Part shown: positions 1 through 8,700 of the stretch, in pieces
Numbering within the stretch: position 1 is the stretch's first letter
Layout: each line of letters begins with the position of its first letter
Assembly: GCA_045568075.1 (NCBI GenBank)
Contig: JBJLBP010000001.1
Span: forward strand, 270,001-302,000
DNA length: 32,000 bases
Reading direction: 5' to 3'
From: Candidatus Thalassarchaeaceae archaeon
GTDB taxonomy: Archaea > Thermoplasmatota > Poseidoniia > Poseidoniales > Thalassarchaeaceae
Notes under the pieces: generated by a model
The model's database searches: none
The model's input: the letters and a program-made list of their open reading frames with translations, nothing else
What the model was told of the DNA's origin: nothing
Made by a program: the position numbers and the translations under genes

Positions 1-348
1 CAGGGCCACTGGTCATATCCGAAGGGGCACGTTGAGGGTGATGAGGATCATCATACAACCGCTCGCCGCGAATTGTTGGAGGAGACCGGAATCAACGATA
101 TCGTAATCGACAGCGGTTGGCGCCAACGCACTGAATATTCATTCTATCACAAAGGGCGGCAAATCGACAAAGAGGTGTATTGGTACATCGCCACAACGAA
201 TCAGTTGAATGTGACTATCTCACATGAGCATACGAACTATCTTTGGTTGAATTTCGATGAGGCCGAGACTCAGCTGACCTTCGATCAAGAGAAGGCTCTA
301 CTGCGTGACGCCCGCACATATTTGGCTGCGAGCGGGGCAACTGTTTGA
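1..348 (+). CDS. Nudix hydrolase (5' end cut by window edge)
   Basis: Frame 1 is open from nt 1. The translation QGHWSYPKGHVEGDEDHHTTARRELLEETGI contains the Nudix box GX5EX7REUXEEXGU. Stop TGA at 346-348. Confidence 0.85.
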   Translation, partial: QGHWSYPKGHVEGDEDHHTTARRELLEETGINDIVIDSGWRQRTEYSFYHKGRQIDKEVYWYIATTNQLNVTISHEHTNYLWLNFDEAETQLTFDQEKALLRDARTYLAASGATV

Positions 349-375
349 GACGTAATCCGCGCGCGAGAACGGTTT

Positions 376-993
376 TCAGTCGCGCTTGCCAAGTGGGGTC
401 CAGAGGGATTCCTCATCGCCCATCTTGGCTGTAATCCATCGGCCAAGGACGAAGCAATGGTCAGAGAGTCTGTTGAGGTAACTTATGACTTCAGGTCGAA
501 CTTCATCGCGCATCGCACAGGCTTCACGTTCTGCCCTGCGAACAACCGTTCTCGCTATGTGTAAATGTGCCACTGAGGGACTGCCAGTAGGGAGAATGAA
601 TGATGATAAAGGCTCGAGATCTTCGAGCATTGAGTTCATTTCTGCCACAAGCCTCTCGCCCTCTTCGGTGCCGATTATCGACATCTGTTCCGGTATTCCT
701 CCGGGCGGGCAGGCGCACTCAGCACCGACATCGAAGAGTTCCTGCTGGATACGTAACAGCATCTCATCCGCTTGAGTGTAGATGGGGACAATTGCAGCCA
801 TGAATCCACCATCTGGAGAATGCGTCGGCGCTCTGTCGAGTTCCATTCGGACTACCCCGATCGCCGCATTCGCTTCATCGATGGCACCGTAGATTGCAAC
901 ACGGGGGTGTTCCTTACCGACACGCGTACCATCGACCAGCGATGTGTCGCCACCATCACCTCCGCCGGTGTGAACCTTGGTTATCCGGACCAT
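376..993 (-). CDS. ATP:cob(I)alamin adenosyltransferase, PduO/MMAB type
   Basis: 205-aa ORF. The N-terminus MVRITKVHTGGGDGGDTSL matches the conserved xYTxxGDxGxTSL start of PduO-type adenosyltransferases. It is followed by RVAIYGAIDEANAAIGV and a helical region. It is the last gene of a three-gene minus-strand cluster. Confidence 0.8.
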   Translation of the reverse strand: MVRITKVHTGGGDGGDTSLVDGTRVGKEHPRVAIYGAIDEANAAIGVVRMELDRAPTHSPDGGFMAAIVPIYTQADEMLLRIQQELFDVGAECACPPGGIPEQMSIIGTEEGERLVAEMNSMLEDLEPLSSFILPTGSPSVAHLHIARTVVRRAEREACAMRDEVRPEVISYLNRLSDHCFVLGRWITAKMGDEESLWTPLGKRD

Positions 994-1023
994 GTTCCTA
1001 ACTCCCGAATGGCCTCACCGTTT

Positions 1024-1779
1024 TCAATCGTCCCCGCCGGCAATAGGGCTTCTAGAAGATGCGTTAAGATTCTCTAGGGAGGTATTTATCGCATCTGTCC
1101 AAGCGCTGTCGACAGACTCCCAGCCGCCGATTGCTTTGAGTTCGGCAACATGCTCCTTGTGAGATGGTTGGTCATCGAGATGTTGGTGAATTAATGCAAG
1201 TGCGGAGTGACTCATGGCGTTCAACCACTGATCATCCATATCCCAAGATCGCTCAAAGTGGGAAATCGCTCCACGCGGTCCGCGCAGAAGTCCTCGTTCG
1301 ACTTGCCGAAGGCCAGATTTCGACCAAGTGATACCTTGCACGCCGACAACCAGTCCTCGGAATGCTAGGTAAATTTCGAGGAGGATTACTATCGAAGCGG
1401 CGCCGAACGAGATGATTTGGTATGTTGGATCCATACCAGCCCACCCTTCGGTCATCAGGCTCATTGTTCCAACGCAAAGCAGAACGCCGCCGAAGGGTGC
1501 GACCAACACATCTCGTTCGGTTTCAACCATATGCCTAACTCCGTAGACCACCGCTAGCCCTCCAAATACTGCGGCGACAACTGCCGGAGCGAGAATCGTT
1601 GTTTCCCTCGGTGCACTCCGGCTGATTAGGAAGACTAGTCCCAATCCCAAACTGAGCCAGCCGAAGCGGCTACCATACTCGGGAAATGGCTGGTGCCGTG
1701 AGTAGTAAATCGATACCGCACCAATCGCTAAAAAGAGTAAAATCCATGCATCCAGAAGTGGCATATCCGAGCTACTCAT
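1024..1779 (-). CDS. Integral membrane protein of unknown function (about 5 hydrophobic helices plus a roughly 100-aa soluble C-terminal domain)
   Basis: 251-aa ORF with repeated 20-aa hydrophobic stretches (LLDAWILLFLAIGAVSIYY, WLSLGLGLVFLI, LAPAVVAAVFGGLAVVYGV, and others). Its ATG overlaps the stop of the upstream ORF as ATGA at 1776-1779. I recognised no family. Confidence 0.6.
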   Translation of the reverse strand: MSSSDMPLLDAWILLFLAIGAVSIYYSRHQPFPEYGSRFGWLSLGLGLVFLISRSAPRETTILAPAVVAAVFGGLAVVYGVRHMVETERDVLVAPFGGVLLCVGTMSLMTEGWAGMDPTYQIISFGAASIVILLEIYLAFRGLVVGVQGITWSKSGLRQVERGLLRGPRGAISHFERSWDMDDQWLNAMSHSALALIHQHLDDQPSHKEHVAELKAIGGWESVDSAWTDAINTSLENLNASSRSPIAGGDD

Positions 1780-2105
1780 TCGACTTCACCTCGCGGCTCG
1801 TCGCGCCACCCCGGCTTCCAGAAATTATCGTCATCGAGCCACTTCAACCACTCGTCATCTGTGGCTCGTAACAGGCGTAGTGCGCGCCTGTCAAGTCCAT
1901 CACGCAGTGCATCATCGACATCTCCCTCGGAGTGTGAATCAGTCCATTCGATTTGCATCTGTCGCACGAGCCTGCGTCCTTCCTCAGGATTGTCGAAATT
2001 CATCTCACAGGCCTCTCTCAAGTCCTGTAACCACACTCGTGTTCCACGGATGTGCAGATCATCCTGCAGTGGCTTCGACTTTCGCTTGAACGGCCACCAA
2101 CTCAT
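1776..2105 (-). CDS. Hypothetical small acidic, Trp-rich protein
   Basis: 109-aa ORF translationally coupled to the downstream membrane protein through a 4-nt ATGA overlap. No recognisable motif. Confidence 0.5.
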   Translation of the reverse strand: MSWWPFKRKSKPLQDDLHIRGTRVWLQDLREACEMNFDNPEEGRRLVRQMQIEWTDSHSEGDVDDALRDGLDRRALRLLRATDDEWLKWLDDDNFWKPGWRDEPRGEVE

Positions 2106-2185
2106 GGATTCTCAAACGATTCGCGCAAGCCGTCACCCTTGATGCTTACGAATCAATCAAGTCTTGTCCCGCACAGGCCTACTTC

Positions 2186-2620
2186 ATGGGCCGCATCGTC
2201 GTTCACCTACATGGGCGTGCAAAGGACGCGGCCTTCCGCATGGCAATCTCAGATTACGCCAATCGACTCTCCGGCGATGGAGTCTCACTTTCGGAACATC
2301 GTAATCAGACAGACCCGGGTCCTTACCTCGAATCGATTGTGGCCAAGGCTGGTGTGAAAAATGTCATCGTGCTTGAAGAAAGAGGTGAGAATCTTGACTC
2401 GATGGGCTATGCTGAGAAGCTGAAACAATGGCGTTTATCGAGTGATGATATCCACCTTGTCGTAGGCCCTCCAGGGGGTTTTGGCGTGCACAGTGACGGT
2501 ATGTCTTCACTTTCTCTCGGGTTGATTACGCTACCTCATGAATTAGCCGCAGTGGTCCTTTTGGAGCAACTGTATAGGGCTTCGACAATTGTCAAGGGAT
2601 TGCCTTATCATCGAGCCTGA
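2186..2620 (+). CDS. rlmH: 23S rRNA (pseudouridine-N3)-methyltransferase RlmH-like SPOUT methyltransferase
   Basis: 144-aa ORF. The C-terminal LVVGPPGGFG...LSLGLITLPHELAAVVLLEQLYRASTIVKGLPYHRA matches the RlmH signature (IGGxxG...LSLSxxTxPHxLxRxxLxEQLYRAxxIxxGxPYHR). Confidence 0.85.
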   Translation: MGRIVVHLHGRAKDAAFRMAISDYANRLSGDGVSLSEHRNQTDPGPYLESIVAKAGVKNVIVLEERGENLDSMGYAEKLKQWRLSSDDIHLVVGPPGGFGVHSDGMSSLSLGLITLPHELAAVVLLEQLYRASTIVKGLPYHRA

Positions 2621-2763
2621 GAGTTTTACCAAAGTGGCTCGATAGATTTCCTGATTGAGCCAACTTCTCATTTGAACCATGATACTCAGAGCCCTGCTTG
2701 ATACGCTCGCGCGCGTATGAGGGGTTCCGTTGATAAGTTGGGCGAAGGTCAGGAGACACTTCG

Positions 2764-5700
2764 GTGGTCGGAATGAACAAAGAGATACAGACTTGGTATG
2801 GTCGAGAAAATAGGAAGAAGAGCACGTCAGCCCTGATGATGGTAGTGCTGATGCTACTGAGCACACAGATGTACAATTTCATCGGTGCTGAAGAGGCTGA
2901 AACCAGCCTTGAGGGGCCGGAAGAAACTCCTGCTCGGACTGCTTACCAGCAGTTCTACCAGAGTGGCGGAGCTAGTGCAGGCGAGACTCAAGGCCAGCCG
3001 GCTTCGACCGCTGACTTCCAGCACCCAGCCTTCTCTGATGCGAATTGGGTCGATCCAGCCTCATACCAAGGCAAGATCTCCGACCCCTCCATTCTCCTGA
3101 CCGACCCAGGATACGGATTCCACCTTGAGGAGACCAATACCGAAGACCACGACAATGATGGAATCAATGATCTCGATGACCTCGATGACGACAATGATGG
3201 AATCAGCGATCTCATCGAGCGCTTCGACGGATGCTATGGAACCGATCCATTCGACCACGATAACGACGGAATCGATGACGAGAGTGATTGGGATGACGAT
3301 AACGATGGAATCCTAGAGGGCCCTATTGACTACTCACAAGGCTCCGATCCTTGGAATGTCAGTGCCGACCGTTACGTCATGCCGAATGTAGTTCATCCAT
3401 GGACTGGAACTCCGGTTGGCACCGGTTACCGAATCGATCAGAATCTGATGGATCACGATAACGATGGCGTCACCGATGAAGACATCGATGGCAGTGGGCG
3501 TGGCTCCTACGATGAGGACGACGACAACGACGCTCGCATCGATCAATTCACTTGGCCATGCGATTTCGATGGTGACGGAGCTCAGGATTACTTCGACGAC
3601 GACGACGATAACGACGGCGTCGTAGATCTCTGGGACTCACACCCTTGGGATGCCTCAATTACCACTAACATCACCGCCACAGCACCTCTTTGGGATGATT
3701 GGTATCAGTGGGTGTCTGCTGAGACTCATGATATCGAAATCAGCCCAGGAAACTTGTTCTCTCCTCGAGCATTAACCATCAATGAGGGCGATACTGTTGT
3801 ATGGACCAACGCTGATTCTCAAGATCACACAGTGACATCAGATATCGGCCTCTTCGACAGCGGTACCATCGTTCCTGGCGCAAGCTTCACATTCACCTTT
3901 GACAATGCAGGGACATTCAGCTATGTTTGCAATATCCATCCGGCTATGACTGGCACAATCACAGTTCAGTCAACGAGTGGTTCCGACAATACTTACTCCG
4001 AATATATCGGCGGTGTCGACTATGTTTCGATGGAAGCAAATGTGTGGCACCCTAGAAATCAATCCTTTACCGAAGTTGTCGATGGTGATCTCGACGGTGA
4101 TGGAATCCCGAACTTCCTTGATCCTGACAACGATAACGACGGAACACCTGACTCAGCCGATACTGATGATGACAACGATGGCTTACTCGACATGTACGAT
4201 GTCGACGACGACAATGATGGAATATGGGATGAATGCATGCAACTCGATACAAACTCGGATGGCGAAGGCGATTATCCAAATTCCTTCGATATCCAAACTC
4301 CTGGGCGTGATTGTGAGATTGATTACGACAGGGACGCGGACGATGATCGATTTCGTCCAATTGATATGGATTACGATTTGGTATGGGATTGGATGGATCC
4401 AGACATGGGAGCACTTGAACTCGATGAGCTCGACAACCCGAATGGCGCTCCTCGGAACGATCCGGATGACGAGCCCTACGATCTAGACAATGATGGCGTC
4501 CTAAACGAAGCAGACCCGTACATGCTTGCTACAGAGGAGCAAGTCAGTGAGTGGGACTGCGCCACTCAGACTAACCCCAATCCACAGAATTCCGACATGA
4601 ATTGCACCGTCGCACGTAAGTCGTACACCGGAAATAATGACTGGGATGGTGACGGTCTGAATAACTGGGAGGACCGTGATGATGATAACGACGGAATCCT
4701 CGATTGGCTAGATATTGATCCGAATTGTGATTTCGACGATGACAATGATTTGCATCTACTCAATGGTTCCCGCTTCCGTGACGATGGCCCGAATGACATC
4801 GATACCGATGTTGACGGGGATGGTTTGGCGAACGACGAGGATTGGGACGACGATAACGATGGAATATCAGATTACTACGACCCCGATGACGGAAACTGTG
4901 GAGTGGTCGACCAAGACCAGACCGACCCCTTCGCGACATATTATGGATACTCACACGGTGATGGAGACATAATCGACGGTTCAGACGACAGCGACCTTTG
5001 GGCACAATTCGAGAATACGCACTGGAAGATGTGGTGGCACTTCAATCCGTTCACAGAGGAAAATGGATTCATCTATCCTCACAATGGCTACGACGATTCT
5101 ACCGTGCCTCTGACAAATGGGCAGATTCCTGAGATGTATTGGTATGTCCTCATGCATTGGAGCCCTTGGAATGGAGCTAATTATTTCGATATTGACGTAG
5201 ACGGCGATTCACTTCAGAATGGAATCGACGTCGATTCGGATGGAGATGGACTTCCCGATTGGTGGGATCAAGATGAAGGGAATGATGGAGTTCTGGATGT
5301 TAATGATCCAGGCCAAGGAGGCTCATTCGACAATAACGAGTGTGGTTACACATTTTGGTGGCTTCTAATCGCCCAACAAGCCATTGAGCAAGCATGTGGA
5401 CTGCCGTACGCCTGGCTTTACGGTTACCCTGTTATTCCGGCCAGTCGGACGAACGGAATGTCATTCACTATTCCCTATTCCAGCCGACCCGATGCAGATA
5501 TGGACCAAGGGGCTTACAATGGAACCAATTCACAAGGTCAGTGGACCTGTGAGACTCAATGTTGGCATTTCGATTTCTTAGGTCAAGGTGATGCTGGACC
5601 GAGCGCGGCTGTAAATTACAACCAGATGAAGGATAATCGGGATTTGTATACCGCTTGGGTCGGAATCACTTTCGGATTCTTCCAATGGACTGCTGACAGT

Positions 5701-8700
5701 AATGCCAATTTATTCCCCGATGAAGTCGCTGATTTATTGAATAATGATGTTGATCCCGATGACGATTGTGGCGCTCCCATTCCAGGAAATTTAAATCCTC
5801 AATGTATGGTGAATGACACAGCAGATTTGGATGATGATTTCGACGGAGTCTACGATCATTGGGATGTCGACGACGATAACGATGGAATCTGGGATTATTT
5901 CGAAATCGACAGTAATGACGATCTCGACGACGACGCCAATATCGATGCCTCGAATTTCTTTACCGGCACAAATTGTGATGACAATGACGACGATGGAACC
6001 GACACGGATCCAGACGACGACGGTTGGTACCAAGCCGTCTGGGACAAAGGTGTGTTAGGACAGGGACTCCTATTCCCTGTGTACTACGATGTCGACAATG
6101 ATAACGACGGAGTCCCTGATGGAGAAGACCCGGATGACGATAACAATGGAGTTTCCGACGCATTACAAGAAACTCTTTGCTTCGTCGGTGAAGAACAGAG
6201 TGTTTGGGATCATGATAACGACGGTATCCTTGACTGGGCTGATGACGACTGGGACGCCGATGGATTGGTCAATACTCTTGAGTTGAATACAGCCACACCG
6301 TTCATCTCTCCATGGGATCATGATAACGACGGATTGAGAGATGACATCGATCTCGACGACGATTCGGACGGTATGCTGGATAAGGACGAGATTATGCTAT
6401 GGCCATCTCGCTTCGGTCAGGAATCAACAAACCCGTGGGACCACGACGATTACGGAAATGGAACAGGTCCCGCTAACCCCTCTGATCCATTCACCGGTCC
6501 GGACGCGATTGACGAGGATGATGACAACGACGAGAGGCCCGATCGCGATTGGGACCATCTCGAAGAGGACTGGTCGAATTCCTCAGATTGGGATAGCGAT
6601 AACGACGGAATCCTTGACGAGGATGACAAGGTGCCTACGAGAATCAATCTCACGAGCGCTAACGTCCTCTGGCTCGATGCTGTAAATCCAGCCGTTTTCC
6701 GTGGTACTGTGAACTGGCTCGACCCTGATACAGGCGTCTTCGAGCCAGCTCCAGACCTGCCGGTTCAGATTTCTATCGAATGGGCTCGAAATGGCACCCT
6801 TGCCCTCGAGACCGTCGATGTTCTGACCGATGCGGCTGGAGCTTTCGTAGTCGGACAATTCCTCTTGCCAGAGGATCTCATTGTAGGTCCTAACACGACT
6901 TACAATGTCTACGCGGAAGTCACAGAAATGTTCTATCACGACGGTTCACAGACCGAACCGATACCTGTAGAAGTTCGCGCCAATACATCGATTGACTACG
7001 TCGCATGGACATACTTCCGCAGCGATGAGCAACCACTCTTCACAGATTACAAGGTGCATTATGAGGCTGATTGGGATCGAGGAATCTTCGACAATCGAAT
7101 TCCTAACGCACCAGTCTCCTTCCGCGTTCACGGCGGACCATTCGGCAACCACACCCACCCGACCATCTTCGATGGATACGGCTACGGTTACCGCGCCGAT
7201 TCAGGTGGATGGGTCTCACTAACCTTCGTCCAAACCGCCGGCGCACAGGGTCAGTGGAAGCAGGTTCAGTGGAATTCAACCATGGATAATGGCGTTGGCA
7301 AGCTACCAGGCGGCTACGAAGAAATCGTCTGGGATGACAATGCGAAAGATCACTTCGTCCTCGGACGTTATGACTACACAAACACCAGTTTGCCGATTGG
7401 TGATTATGCATTCATTGGTTTCGCCCGCCCCGACTTGGGCGATGAATGGCCATTCCCATACCTTGAGCAGTCCGAGACAGAAGCGTTTGCTATCCGCTCG
7501 ATGCACCGAATGTACATCGAAGCTGACATGTTTACGCCATCGACTCGGCCGGTTTACTTCTGGGACACCACACAGTTCACTGGATCGTCCTTCGGAGCGT
7601 GGAGGGCTCTCTTCCACCAACCAAGTCTTGACACCGCTGGCCTCGCCTACGAAGACGTAAGCCTCGGCAAGCCGTATGCGATGACTTGGGATGGAACTCC
7701 TGAGGGACTAACTGGAGAGAGTTCCCGACTACGTCCGTTCCTCTCTTCGAACGGAACTCATTGGCGTATCGGCATGCAGAACGGTGGCGACTTCAATGTG
7801 CCACCTTGCGGACCAGTCGACCCGGTTGATCCGAATAGTGACGTTCGCTGCGAGATTATCCCTGAGATGTTTACCGGAGAGACTCTGAGAGTCATCGGAA
7901 GCGTTTGGAATCGGACTTTGGTTCCATGGCCGCATGACCCGATGACGCTACAGGTCGATCTCGATCGTAATGGAATCTTCGCGGGCTCGCAAGAGACTGG
8001 ATACGCTCGAGCACCACAGATGGTGAACGGTGTCGCGACTTTCGATTACAACTGGACCTGGTATTCTCAATATGCAGCAGGTCACTACGGAATACGTGCT
8101 GACTTCACCAACTCGAACTACTACTTCACAGGAAACCAGAGTTCGGTCCTCGCTCCTACGGGCGCTTACCTCAATGTCTCAGTCATTGGAACAACCGAGT
8201 TCAAGGAATTGCTTGAACCGCGCCTATATCGTGGCCAAAATCGCACAATCGAGGTTCAGTTGCTTGATAATTCGTTGCAGCCGCTGAAGAATTCTCAGAT
8301 TAATTATGTTTGGAGTGCGGATGGCACCAATGGCATCGCTGAGACTGACGGAACGGGTTGGTTCTCGGTCAATCTAACGATTGAGAAGGATCACAATCTG
8401 GGCAACTTCACCCTCTCTTACAACTACCCAGGTGATCCTCGCCACCAAGGAACCTCTGGAACGATGGATCTCTGGGTTGTCTCACGCACTTACATCACAC
8501 TGCAAGGTACAACCCCGAACATACGCTCCAATGGAGATATCTGGGAATTCTCAGCACAGGTGACAGATGACAATCGCACAGCCATCATCAAGGATTCCGG
8601 ACAGGCTTTGGACGGATGTGGTGAGAATGGCGGAGAAGTTCTCCTGATTATGGAAGGAACCGACTTCGACGATCGAACCCATAGACAAATCGTCGAGACC

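Noticed and set aside
2543-2882. Two minus-strand ORFs (107 and 96 aa) spanning the rlmH/giant-gene spacer
   Set aside because: They overlap the 3' end of rlmH and the signal-peptide region of the giant gene. They have no motifs and are most likely spurious. The spacer does contain a small hairpin (ATACGC...GCGTAT at about 2701-2718), which I consider too weak to call.
3977-4486. 169-aa plus-strand ORF, and other long alternative-frame or antisense ORFs inside the giant gene (e.g. 4067-4414, 4566-4799, 5791-6033, 6583-6939, 7289-7660)
   Set aside because: They lie entirely within the 2658-codon ORF. Their translations are low-complexity (Thr/Met/Ile- or Arg/His/Ser-rich), as expected from reading GAY-rich repeats out of frame. 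None has a motif.
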